Source of the DNA: Gammaproteobacteria bacterium
GTDB taxonomy: Bacteria; Pseudomonadota; Gammaproteobacteria; SZUA-229
Assembly (NCBI GenBank): GCA_026196545.1
Contig: JAPHSZ010000128.1
Span: forward strand, 1-48,882
Reading direction: 5' to 3'
Length of the DNA stretch: 48,882 bases
Positions within the stretch are counted from its first letter, which is position 1; each line of letters begins with the position of its first letter. Of this stretch, positions 34,194 to 44,016 are shown piece after piece. A model generated the notes under the pieces. It did not search any database, was not told where the DNA came from, and saw only the letters and a list, made by a program, of their open reading frames with translations. The translations under genes were made by a program, and so were the position numbers.

Positions 34194-35927
34194 TTAATCA
34201 TCTATTTCATGTGTAACAAATCCTTCCCTAACGAGATAAAGGTATATGTCTTGAGCCGCTTGCATAGGCGACATATTCTCTGTATCTATCCTTATTTCAG
34301 GATTTTCAGGCACATCATAAGGATCACTAATACCCGTAAATTCTGGAATTAAACCTCTTCTAGCCTTGGCATATAATCCTTTACGATCTCGCCTTTCACA
34401 TTCCTCAAGTGAAGTTGCAACATATATCTCTACAAAAGCACCATATTGCTCAATAAGATTGCGAACATCACGTCGCATCTCAGTATATGGCGCTATTGGG
34501 GCACAAATAGCAATCCCCCTATTTTTTGTAATTTCACTTGCCACATAACCAATACGACTAACATTTAAATCCCTATCTTTTTTAGAAAACCCTAATTCAC
34601 TCGATAAATTATGTCTCACCACATCACCGTCCAGCAATGTCACAGGTCGTTTTCCATCTTCTATAAATTTTGCATAAATAATTCTAGCTAAAGTTGATTT
34701 TCCAGATCCAGACAATCCTGTAAAAAACAAAGTAAAACCCTGACCGGATCTAGGTGGACACACTCTGCTCATAACATCGATAACTTCAGGGTATGTCACC
34801 CATGAAGGGAGTGTTTTGCCTCTTAATATGGCATCGAGAATATTGCTATTTGAAAAAGATTGACTACTATGGCTATTTTTATTTAGCCTATTTTTTGTTA
34901 CAAAATGCTTATTGTCATTATCATAACAAAGCTCATCGATATTAATAATATTAATTTCAAGTTCGTCTTCAAACTCTCTTACATATTTTTGAGAGGAACC
35001 TGTTGCATAAAATCGTGTAGCATTATCACGCACATTTGGAGGTGCAGCATGCTCAGCTCCTACAATGTAGTGACTACACCCATAATTCTGCCTTATAATG
35101 GCATTCATCAATGCTTCACGAGGCCCTGCCATTCTCATTGCTATTGGCAATAATGATAATTCTGTCATACTCTTTGGATAATGCTTCATTATGGCCTGAT
35201 AGCAATGAACACGTGCATAGTAATGTATATCTCCAGGTTTTGACATGCCAACAACTGGATGGATCAATATATGAGCATTAGCCTGGTCAGCAGCCCTCAT
35301 TGTAATTTCCTGATGCACGCAGTGCATGGGCTTACTGGTATGAAAAGCAACTACATTCTTCCATCCTAATTTGTCAAATAGTTGTCGTAACTGTATTGGT
35401 GTATGGCGCAATGTCTCAAAATCGTAGTGAAAAGGAAGCTGAATACCATGCACTGTACCACCGACATAAACCTGTTTTACTGAATTAAACAAATAATCAA
35501 CACCAGGATGCTGCTTATCTAAAGTCCCGTACACCTCTAGTGCTTCTTCGTTTTTGTCTGGACGCCAGATGCTTTCAATTGCTAAAACTGCTGGCATAAA
35601 TCCTTCAGTATCACATAAGGCAATTTTTTTACCTACTTCTAAGCTTTCAGCCTGTTTTTCATCAACATCAAGATAATAAGGTATGGGCCATAAGACACCA
35701 TTAGGTAAACGAGCAGTACTTACAACGCTTTCATATACATCCTTATTCATAAAGCCAGTTAAAGGAGAAAACGCACCATTTAACAATAATTCTAAATCAC
35801 ATTGCTGGCGCTGAGAAAGCGTAATTGATGAAAAAGATTCTGAATCTAATTTAAGTTGCTCGGCATCAAGCTCATTAAGCAAAAGATCTTTAAGCTCACC
35901 TTGATATGGTGGGATTAGGTGGTCCAT
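34194..35927 (-). CDS. cysC: ATP-sulfurylase-like / adenylylsulfate (APS) kinase fusion protein; sulfurylase motifs are substituted
   Basis: 577 aa. The C-terminal APS kinase looks intact (FFTGLSGSGKSTLA, LDGDVVRHNL, GFSKKDRDLNVSRIGYVA). The N-terminal domain aligns with Sat-type sulfurylase (HPVVGMSKPGDI, GPREALMNAIIRQNYG). However, it has HTSKPMHCVH in place of QTRNPxHRxH (35310-35354) and GAEHAAPP in place of GRDHAGPG (35037-35066). Confidence 0.8.
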   Translation of the reverse strand: MDHLIPPYQGELKDLLLNELDAEQLKLDSESFSSITLSQRQQCDLELLLNGAFSPLTGFMNKDVYESVVSTARLPNGVLWPIPYYLDVDEKQAESLEVGKKIALCDTEGFMPAVLAIESIWRPDKNEEALEVYGTLDKQHPGVDYLFNSVKQVYVGGTVHGIQLPFHYDFETLRHTPIQLRQLFDKLGWKNVVAFHTSKPMHCVHQEITMRAADQANAHILIHPVVGMSKPGDIHYYARVHCYQAIMKHYPKSMTELSLLPIAMRMAGPREALMNAIIRQNYGCSHYIVGAEHAAPPNVRDNATRFYATGSSQKYVREFEDELEINIINIDELCYDNDNKHFVTKNRLNKNSHSSQSFSNSNILDAILRGKTLPSWVTYPEVIDVMSRVCPPRSGQGFTLFFTGLSGSGKSTLARIIYAKFIEDGKRPVTLLDGDVVRHNLSSELGFSKKDRDLNVSRIGYVASEITKNRGIAICAPIAPYTEMRRDVRNLIEQYGAFVEIYVATSLEECERRDRKGLYAKARRGLIPEFTGISDPYDVPENPEIRIDTENMSPMQAAQDIYLYLVREGFVTHEIDD

Positions 35928-36025
35928 AGTATTTTTACTCTACAAACTGAATCATCATAAATCAAACATAAATATTTAAAACCTATGCAATCCCTAGAAA
36001 AAGAATTCAAGCATTATTAAAAATA

Positions 36026-36790
36026 TCAGAATTTTGACTTGTTAAGAACACTGCCTATAACATTAGTTACTGAAAGAATATCAATAGCATCTTTGAGATC
36101 ATCTTCCTTAGTGACATCATCTTCAATAACAAGTAGAGCGGAATCAATGCATGGAGCAATAGACATTGCATCTGCTGTACCAAGAATGGGAGGCAAATCA
36201 AATAAAATAATTCTTTTTGGATAATGATCCTTTAATGTCTCAACTAGAGTACACATTTTAGGTGATCCCATCATTTCTGCGGTACTTAACAGAGGCATTC
36301 CTCCAGGTAAAATCATTAGATGATCAATCTCTTTTGGACGATATAAGACATCATTGAGCGCTATATCATCACGCAAATAATCGCTCAAACCCATATTAGT
36401 ACTAGCACCGAAATATTTGTTCACTTTGGGCTGCCTAAGATTCGCATCTACCAGTAAAACCGAATACTCAATTTCTTTTGCAATACTTATAGCTAAATTT
36501 ATTGCCACTGTTGTCTTTCCTTCATTACCACGTGGACTAGTAATAGCTAGTGTATTCCAACGATGCTCTTCCATACGTTGCAATGTCTGTATTGCCAGAA
36601 TATTAAAGGCATCTACATATTCATCGTGCTCAAGTGCAGTGATTATACGATTTTCTCGCATTAATAAATCAGAGCCTTCAACAGCTTGTGCTTCAGAATA
36701 GTTAATAATCGAGTCACCCAACCCTGATGAGCCAGAACCTGTATTCCTCTCATGTCGAGCCCTATCAAGTGCCTGTTTTATTTTTTCCAT
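36026..36790 (-). CDS. XrtA-locus tyrosine-autokinase-like P-loop ATPase (BY-kinase/MinD fold)
   Basis: 254 aa. Walker A SPRGNEGKTT, Walker A' LLVDANLRQP, Walker B IILFDLPP. No Tyr in the last ~30 residues. Confidence 0.75.
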   Translation of the reverse strand: MEKIKQALDRARHERNTGSGSSGLGDSIINYSEAQAVEGSDLLMRENRIITALEHDEYVDAFNILAIQTLQRMEEHRWNTLAITSPRGNEGKTTVAINLAISIAKEIEYSVLLVDANLRQPKVNKYFGASTNMGLSDYLRDDIALNDVLYRPKEIDHLMILPGGMPLLSTAEMMGSPKMCTLVETLKDHYPKRIILFDLPPILGTADAMSIAPCIDSALLVIEDDVTKEDDLKDAIDILSVTNVIGSVLNKSKF

Positions 36791-36814
36791 TAGACCAAAC
36801 CCAAATAAGTATAT

Positions 36815-38566
36815 TTAATTAACCACATACTCTGCCTTGCGTAATAGACGGTACCACAACACATCTAATGGAGAGACAAAGATATGAACAAAAATAAAAA
36901 CAAAAACAACAAAAAATATTGCTGCAAATAAGAACCTTTTTTTATACTTATTACGTTTCACTACATCTGAGACATTCATAATGTATGGAACCACAGCTAA
37001 TGGCGGTGCCCCTATTAGTGAATCAATACTTTTTGCTCCGCCTATTGGCTTCCCAATAAAATTAGCCGCAAAAGCGAAACCAAAACCACCGCCTAAAGCA
37101 AATATAAACCCAATTATTACAATAGCTGGACGATTAGGACTGATTGGTAAATCAGGAATTGCCGGTGGGTCTATTAGTGTAAAACGCTCACCTTTACTTT
37201 CAGCTTCTAATTGCTTTGCTATATCTGCTGACATTTTCTTTGATTGAATTTCCTGATTTCGCAACAATGCACTCTTGTAAGAACGCTGCAACTCATGATA
37301 TTCACGCTCCACCTGTGGCGCCTTCATCATATCATCTTCAAGCTCCCTCATCTTTTCAACAAGTCTTTTTTTCTCATCCTTAAGAGACGAAATCTCACTA
37401 ATTGAGTTATCTAAACGTGCTTTAAGTGTAATGAAGGCAGGGTTATCAGGTTTGCTTTGATAATAACTTTCCTCTACATTAGCATTAGCACCACTTTCAA
37501 GCTTTTCTTCAAGTTGTTTGATTTTAGACTTAACACTAACGATATCAGGGTGTACAGGCGTGTACTTATCACTCAAAACAGTTAGTTTAGAACGCAATTG
37601 TTTTAGCTCAGCTGCCGCAGAATCAAAATCATCTTTTCCTTTTCGGTCAGCTTTTAATGATTCTATTTCACTTTTAAGACGTATCACATTAGGATGTGAC
37701 TCAGAATATCTTGAAATAGCAGCAATATAATCAGCTTCCAAAACCTTAAGTCTTGAACTTACGCTATATACTAAGGGGTTATCAGGATTAATTTGCTCTA
37801 ACTCACCTTCTAGATAATATTTTGTTTCCTCTAACACTCGAAGTTTTGCATTAATATTTGCTATATCTGACTCTGCTCTTTGCAGAACTCGCATATTAAC
37901 CATTTGCAACTCTGGCAACATGCTTGAATTTTCTTCCTTAAACACTGCTAATTCATTTGCCAAATCGGAAATTTCTTTACCAGATCGAACTAGTTCTTCT
38001 TTAAAAAATGCAGATGTTTCCTCAGCCTTAGCTGTTCGATTCTGAAGGTTCATATTTAAATATAATTGAACAAACTCACTTGCCACACGCTGCACAACTG
38101 CTGGAGACTCTCCTTTATATGACAATGAAAAAGCAATAGTTGCAGCGGATGGCCGTCCCGTCCTTGGATCAACAACATCTGCACTTATAATTTCAAGATC
38201 AAAATCATCCCGCATCTGCGCAACAATTTCCTCAGATGTTTTATATTTCCTTTTTTTCTCATAGAGATTAAATTTGTCCATTATTTTGAACAAATTCGAT
38301 CTACTCATTACCTGCGCCTGTATAGTTTGAATACGCTCAGAAGCATAACTAGTTACTGTAGACATAACTAGTTCACGAGGTATCTCCTGCTGTTCAATCA
38401 GAATTGTTGCACTAGATTTATAAATTGCAGGCAGAGATATGGCTATAATTACACTTATAAAAAATAATGATGAAAATATTACGGCAATTGGTATTTTGTT
38501 TTTTCTTACAATACGAAAATAATCATGCAAATCTATATTTTTTTCTTCCACTCTAATATTACTCAA
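36815..38566 (-). CDS. Polysaccharide chain-length determinant (PCP/Wzz-GumC family, XrtA-system type)
   Basis: 583 aa with a TTG start in the ORF track. N-terminal TM after IDLHDYFRIVRKNK, a long coiled-coil periplasmic region, and a C-terminal TM region with a Pro/Gly-rich segment (PAIPDLPISPNRP). Confidence 0.75.
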   Translation of the reverse strand: MSNIRVEEKNIDLHDYFRIVRKNKIPIAVIFSSLFFISVIIAISLPAIYKSSATILIEQQEIPRELVMSTVTSYASERIQTIQAQVMSRSNLFKIMDKFNLYEKKRKYKTSEEIVAQMRDDFDLEIISADVVDPRTGRPSAATIAFSLSYKGESPAVVQRVASEFVQLYLNMNLQNRTAKAEETSAFFKEELVRSGKEISDLANELAVFKEENSSMLPELQMVNMRVLQRAESDIANINAKLRVLEETKYYLEGELEQINPDNPLVYSVSSRLKVLEADYIAAISRYSESHPNVIRLKSEIESLKADRKGKDDFDSAAAELKQLRSKLTVLSDKYTPVHPDIVSVKSKIKQLEEKLESGANANVEESYYQSKPDNPAFITLKARLDNSISEISSLKDEKKRLVEKMRELEDDMMKAPQVEREYHELQRSYKSALLRNQEIQSKKMSADIAKQLEAESKGERFTLIDPPAIPDLPISPNRPAIVIIGFIFALGGGFGFAFAANFIGKPIGGAKSIDSLIGAPPLAVVPYIMNVSDVVKRNKYKKRFLFAAIFFVVFVFIFVHIFVSPLDVLWYRLLRKAEYVVN

Positions 38567-38617
38567 CTACTTAATGTTATATATTTTACTAAAAATGTGT
38601 TTTATACAAAAGAAAAA

Positions 38618-39835
38618 CTAGAATACTGGCAATGATGGAAAATCATATGAAACCCCAACATACAATATATTGGAATCTTGCGAAGAACTGTTAGAAGTTT
38701 GCGTATCAACATAATCATCCACAGTATATCGATAAGACGCAATAACATTTAGATTTTTCGCGAGCCTAACTTTCAAAATAGGCTCATAAAATGCTATTGT
38801 TCGATCATATGAACCAACACTAATACTATCGCCAAGCTGCTCAATATCACTATAGTTTGCTCTAAACACCAAACGAACCAGCTCTGTCATTTGATATCTA
38901 AAATAAAGATCAATTTCATCCGTATCATTTACTCTACCAAATGAATCAGTCGACGTGCTTTTGCTTGCTCTAGCTGTTAACCATCCAACATCAACACCAA
39001 CATCAAAAACAAAACCAGTATCATTAGAATCTACTACCTGAGAAGCTACAACTGTCTGACCAAAGAAATCTATCGCCTGAGTATTAAAAGTATTTGAGCC
39101 TATACTTGTAGAACCAATAGAATAATCAATTGTCAAAGTTTCATCAAATTTATGGGTAAGACCAATCATTGAATTAAATATTTGGTACTCATAAATACCA
39201 TCCTTACTTTCATAATCGGTAGATATCAAGAGAAAATTGAATTCTGAGCGCTCAGATAAATTATATGTAGCCTTACCCATAACAGTATTAGTTTGATATG
39301 AAACATTGTTAGCTATATCATCAAAATCTGATTCCGTATAATTATAAGTCAAAGCAAGGGACAAACGTTCTGTCAACAATCTTGTATATTCAGGCGTAAT
39401 ACTCCATCGTGATTCATCCACCTTATATCCGACAACACCAAACGCATCTGATTCGCTGTTAAGATTAGAATCTAAGCTATATTCTGCATTTACAGCGTAA
39501 ACATTTCTTTCAGATTCATATTTAGCTGCAGCCTCATAAAATTGATCAGTTGCATTATATGCATCTTCAGAATATAAACTACTCTTTAATTTTAAAGACA
39601 GAAATGCTTCCCAATTATCATCCTCGGTCAATAATTGAACATTGGGCGTTACAACCATACTAGATACTGATTCTTGCGTATCAGACGTCAAAAAAAGATT
39701 ATCATTATATTCAAACCGAGCACTAACTCCTGATTCAACACTAGTCTCAGCTGCCGACAAAACACCTGCTTGAGTAATTATAAAAAACATCACGCAACTA
39801 ACATAATTTCTTAGTAAAAAATCATCTAGCCTCAT
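38618..39835 (-). CDS. Outer-membrane beta-barrel protein of the PEP-CTERM/EPS locus
   Basis: I place the start at ATG 39835, which is preceded by AAGGAGAGAG, rather than at the ORF-track TTG at 39880. Signal peptide MFFIITQAGVLSA|AE. Alternating Tyr/Ser/Asp-rich beta-strand pattern. The terminus is ...PSLPVF with a terminal Phe. Sits between the OPX and chain-length genes. Confidence 0.6.
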   Translation of the reverse strand: MRLDDFLLRNYVSCVMFFIITQAGVLSAAETSVESGVSARFEYNDNLFLTSDTQESVSSMVVTPNVQLLTEDDNWEAFLSLKLKSSLYSEDAYNATDQFYEAAAKYESERNVYAVNAEYSLDSNLNSESDAFGVVGYKVDESRWSITPEYTRLLTERLSLALTYNYTESDFDDIANNVSYQTNTVMGKATYNLSERSEFNFLLISTDYESKDGIYEYQIFNSMIGLTHKFDETLTIDYSIGSTSIGSNTFNTQAIDFFGQTVVASQVVDSNDTGFVFDVGVDVGWLTARASKSTSTDSFGRVNDTDEIDLYFRYQMTELVRLVFRANYSDIEQLGDSISVGSYDRTIAFYEPILKVRLAKNLNVIASYRYTVDDYVDTQTSNSSSQDSNILYVGVSYDFPSLPVF

Positions 39836-39885
39836 ATTTTTCACTCTCTCCTTACTTACAACGTTTATAGTTCTTACCAATGGTT

Positions 39886-40443
39886 CTATGGAACAACAAC
39901 CGTATCACCTGCTTTTAAAATAATATTCATTTCTAGCCGGTTACCAGACATTACCTCATCATAGTCAAACTCATACACTTCTTTATCATCCCCAACACGA
40001 CGAATAATTTTAATCTCATCTGTCTCCGCAAAGGGATTAGGCCCACCTGCCAAAGATAATGCTTGTAGCACATCCATATAATTAGACGTTATATATTCTC
40101 CTGGACGAATAACTTTACCAATAACATAAATTTTGTTGCTATTAGACTTAAGAACACTAACTGTAACCACAGGATTTGGGATAAATTCTTTAAGTCTGTT
40201 CGATATGTCATTTTTTAAATCTGAGGTTGACATTCCCTTTGCATTTACATCTCCTATTAACGGAAATGATATTGCCCCATCTGGCTTAACCAGCACCTCT
40301 TTTTGCATATCCTCTTCCTTCCATACTGATATAGAAAGAACATCTCCTGGGCCGATAACATAAGCATCTTTAGCATGAACACCACCAAAGACACTAAAAA
40401 CCAATAAAAATACCAATACTTTATTAAACAAACTAAACCTCAA
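39886..40443 (-). CDS. Short polysaccharide export (OPX, Wza-like Poly_export plus SLBB) periplasmic protein
   Basis: 185 aa with a TTG start. Signal peptide (FGGVHA|K). YVIGPGDVLSISVW Poly_export motif. Too short to contain a Wza-type C-terminal OM helix. Confidence 0.75.
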   Translation of the reverse strand: MRFSLFNKVLVFLLVFSVFGGVHAKDAYVIGPGDVLSISVWKEEDMQKEVLVKPDGAISFPLIGDVNAKGMSTSDLKNDISNRLKEFIPNPVVTVSVLKSNSNKIYVIGKVIRPGEYITSNYMDVLQALSLAGGPNPFAETDEIKIIRRVGDDKEVYEFDYDEVMSGNRLEMNIILKAGDTVVVP

Positions 40444-40660
40444 TTAAAACAATAAGTTAATTAAAACCATTCTTTCCTTATTAAAATTTTTCATTTAGCA
40501 AATACGCCTATAATCTGGACAAAAACACCATTAAACCTCCATACACACTAAGCAATTTGTGAGTATATCAGACATCATAATGAATGGGGGTATTGCAATA
40601 TAAATACTTCAGAAAGCGATTTTTTACATATTAGGAATATCATTATTTTATAATATACCA

Positions 40661-42304
40661 TTATATCGTTATTCCTCGTATCGCCATCACTGATAATGAT
40701 GCACAGACAGAAATTGATAATATTTTAGAGCCAGATTTTCTAGATTGTATGAAAATCTCACATGCATAAAAAAGAATAATTATCTGCACGACAATTAAGG
40801 TTATACCAAGTGAATCTAATCCAGACGCAGAAACAAACCCCATTACTAGAGCCATCATAATCAGCAAATAATCCAATGGTGTAATTCTAAATTTTTCTGC
40901 GATAATCATACGGGCACTTATAAATGCAGAAATAGCCATTAATGCGTAAAAAAGATAGGTGATAGCTGTCCACTTTAAAAACCAATTGGGAGGATAAGAA
41001 GACAGTAAATATATTGAAAAACCAATCGAAACAAAAAGCACCAATCGCAATAAAGGGATTGAAAAGGAACCAGCCACTAACGTCAGCAATAGTAACCCAA
41101 GAAGACCTAATGAAAACAATCCAAAATCAACAGGGATCAAATTCGATGAAAAGGCAGCAAATATCAAAAATAACGACAAGCCACCTTCAAGAATCCATGA
41201 AGGAAACACTTTCAAGAAAGAATAGTTAATAAAAACATGGTCTAAAAAAACACGCTCATTGACATTTTCACAAGCATGCACAAGAAAATTGTTTTTTTCT
41301 AACAGAATTAGCGTCAAAAACACCACCAAAGCCAATAAGACATAGATTATGAAAGCCAATAAATCACTTTCATAAATTAAAAAAACGGAACAAAAGGCAA
41401 ACACTACCTGGATAGAATAAATAATAACGACTGATTCATAATGATAAAATCCCCTGGCTAATAAACGATGGTGTAAATGATCTTTTGTAGCCACAAATAA
41501 GCTAACCTTACGGCGTGCGCGGATTAAAAATACGACTAATGCATCAATTACAGGCAAGCCCAAGATAAGCATTGGTATAACCGGGGTCATCAAGGAGTTG
41601 GCAACCTGAGATAGATAAATAACTAATACACCAAGAATAAAGCCCAACGTTTGACTACCCCCATCCCCCATAAACACCCTTGCAGGATGAGAGTTAAATC
41701 GAAGAAAGCCAAAAATCCCGCCTATGGCTGAAATGGACATGAGTACTGCTAGAGCACTATCATTACTATAAGACAGGTACGCAATAGCTATCAAACTTAA
41801 TAACGCTTCGCCCCCCGCCAGTCCATCAAGACCATCGGACAAATTTAACGCATTAATCATACCCACTAATGCAACAATTGTAATAGGCTTAGCAATATAC
41901 TCAGGAATCACGCCCACTCTTAGAAAAGGAAAATGAGATATATATAAATCCCCATAATAAACAATAGCAATTACAGCTACAAGTTGCCCCATAAATTTTA
42001 CGTATGGCCCCAGGTCTTTAGCATCATCCCATGTGCCAAAAATTAACAGTACCAAGCATCCAAATATAAATGAAGAAATAAATGGAGTAAAATCTAACCA
42101 GATAAAAAGAGGACTTAATAAACCAATAACTATCCCTATACCGCCTACTCTTGGAATTGGAGATTCATGAACTTTTCTTTGGTCAGGCTGATCCATCATT
42201 CCGAATGTGGGAGCCCATCTGATCATCAATGGAGTAATGACCATGCTTATGGCCATAGAAATAATAGCTGCCAGAAGATACAGACCAAGATCATTTGAAG
42301 TCAT
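40661..42304 (-). CDS. Polyprenyl-phosphate HexNAc-1-phosphate transferase (MraY/WecA family) with a ~210-aa extra C-terminal membrane domain
   Basis: 547 aa. Motifs KVHESPIPRVGGIGI, NLSDGLDGLAGG and FMGDGGSQTLGF. Residues ~335-547 (nt 40664-41302) add about 6 further hydrophobic helices absent from typical ~350-aa family members. Confidence 0.75.
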   Translation of the reverse strand: MTSNDLGLYLLAAIISMAISMVITPLMIRWAPTFGMMDQPDQRKVHESPIPRVGGIGIVIGLLSPLFIWLDFTPFISSFIFGCLVLLIFGTWDDAKDLGPYVKFMGQLVAVIAIVYYGDLYISHFPFLRVGVIPEYIAKPITIVALVGMINALNLSDGLDGLAGGEALLSLIAIAYLSYSNDSALAVLMSISAIGGIFGFLRFNSHPARVFMGDGGSQTLGFILGVLVIYLSQVANSLMTPVIPMLILGLPVIDALVVFLIRARRKVSLFVATKDHLHHRLLARGFYHYESVVIIYSIQVVFAFCSVFLIYESDLLAFIIYVLLALVVFLTLILLEKNNFLVHACENVNERVFLDHVFINYSFLKVFPSWILEGGLSLFLIFAAFSSNLIPVDFGLFSLGLLGLLLLTLVAGSFSIPLLRLVLFVSIGFSIYLLSSYPPNWFLKWTAITYLFYALMAISAFISARMIIAEKFRITPLDYLLIMMALVMGFVSASGLDSLGITLIVVQIIILFYACEIFIQSRKSGSKILSISVCASLSVMAIRGITI

Positions 42305-42355
42305 TAAAAATCCTTTATACTCATCGCAACATTATTCATTAAAAAATCCTGTTTT

Positions 42356-43933
42356 TTACTCAGGCACATATTCAGGCAAGATTCCAACCAACTCTGAAGC
42401 AAATAAAGTAAGTCGTTTATCACCATCGGTTAAATCCTCACCTGGATGAATTGGCGTAATAAACCGTACAAGTGCACCGTCTGTCCTCGACTTATAAATA
42501 GAATCAAGCAGCAGGTATAATTTAACAGCCCACTGATTTGTAACAACGCGGCCACGCTGCTGAAGCCAATAATATACTAATTTTTTACTTCCACTTTTCT
42601 CAATGACCATTCTATTGACACTTAGCGGAGTATCACCAACATGCAAGCCATTCAATAATATTTCGGATGCATTAGTAATCAACCATCCCCCTCCAGGTAT
42701 GCAGGCTTTTGGAGAATGAGGAACTTTGTCTGCTCTTTGTGTCGCATAATAACCAATATATAAATTAACTAAATCCTGTCTTTTGTTACCTAAATAGTCC
42801 GACATTATGTAATCATCTAAATTTAAGGAATCCAGAACTTTTTGATCCATTTTTGTGTTATTCCCTATCCAATGATCAAACTTCTTAGGAAAGCTATAAA
42901 AATTCTTTCTATCTGGAATTAAATCAACTCTTTCTGGGAGCATATACATAGATACTGATACAGTAACAATTATCATAAAAATAATAATAAATTGATTAGG
43001 CACTAAACGTTCAGTTCTAAAATTATCAGCGGGTGATGAGTCAGGCAATTCAAGCCCAAACACCTGCACAAGCGGACGAGAATCTTTGCCTATTTTTGTT
43101 AAAATTGACATCTCAAGAATTAATACAGCCATACAAACCATGAACATAAACCATCCTTCAAAATCATGAAGGATTCCTTCAGCCATTTTTACACCCCAAT
43201 ATTCAACTGTGACTCCAATAATACCTATTCTTAGACTATTCATTAATATAGTAATTGGAATTGTAGAAAAGAATATTAAAATACGTTTCCATAGATCAAC
43301 TTTGAAGAAATAGGCTGCTATAAAACCTAATGTCATAAAAGGAAATAAATAGCGTAATCCGCTACATGCCTCAACAACTTGAAGCTTATAGACACCAAGA
43401 TCAATAATATTACCCTCAAGAAAAACAGATATATCAAAGAGTCGTATAAACCAAACTCCTATCATCGATGAAATTAACTGAAGCTCATTAGATAATGTCT
43501 GATACAAAAAACCAGGCAAAGGAACCATAAACAATAATATAGCCAAAGGCATGAATATTATTTTAAATGCAGAATATCCCATAAAAGCAAGACAAACACC
43601 CATAACTGTTACAACAAATCCGTAAGCAACAATATCAATAACTGCACTTAAAGTGCCTATCCCATACAATACAACTCCTAATAAAACAATCATCACACCA
43701 TACCATGACCCGGTAAATGGTATTTTTTCTAAAACATCTTTTTTTTGCCATACCAAAAAAATTGATATCATAGGAATAAGATAACCATGACTATATTCTT
43801 CCCTCTCCCAACTCTTGATCATTTCAAGAATTCCCTGTTCAAACAAAAACCAGGATAAAGATAGCAGCACAAATATCATTGCCCAAATAATAGCTGGCAT
43901 CTTAAAAATAACTCGATCACTCATAAATTTCAC
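42356..43933 (-). CDS. xrtA: Exosortase A fused to an EpsI-family domain
   Basis: 525 aa. Exosortase catalytic-type motifs VVEACSGLRYLFPF (Cys), LMNSLRIG (Arg) and ILHDFEGW (His) sit in a polytopic N-terminal half. The C-terminal ~220 aa carries the EpsI-type PHSPKACIPGGGW motif. GTG start, with an ATG 3 codons in. Confidence 0.85.
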   Translation of the reverse strand: MKFMSDRVIFKMPAIIWAMIFVLLSLSWFLFEQGILEMIKSWEREEYSHGYLIPMISIFLVWQKKDVLEKIPFTGSWYGVMIVLLGVVLYGIGTLSAVIDIVAYGFVVTVMGVCLAFMGYSAFKIIFMPLAILLFMVPLPGFLYQTLSNELQLISSMIGVWFIRLFDISVFLEGNIIDLGVYKLQVVEACSGLRYLFPFMTLGFIAAYFFKVDLWKRILIFFSTIPITILMNSLRIGIIGVTVEYWGVKMAEGILHDFEGWFMFMVCMAVLILEMSILTKIGKDSRPLVQVFGLELPDSSPADNFRTERLVPNQFIIIFMIIVTVSVSMYMLPERVDLIPDRKNFYSFPKKFDHWIGNNTKMDQKVLDSLNLDDYIMSDYLGNKRQDLVNLYIGYYATQRADKVPHSPKACIPGGGWLITNASEILLNGLHVGDTPLSVNRMVIEKSGSKKLVYYWLQQRGRVVTNQWAVKLYLLLDSIYKSRTDGALVRFITPIHPGEDLTDGDKRLTLFASELVGILPEYVPE

Positions 43934-44016
43934 TTTATTATAAATTTAGATTTAAATGGATATATTTTTCATAATCCAGTAACATTCAAACTATAGCAAC
44001 AAATTCAAATTGTCTA

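Noticed and set aside
42207-42449. 80-aa plus-strand ORF spanning the wecA-like/xrtA junction.
   Set aside because: It overlaps the ends of two well-supported minus-strand genes in antisense and has no motifs or SD.
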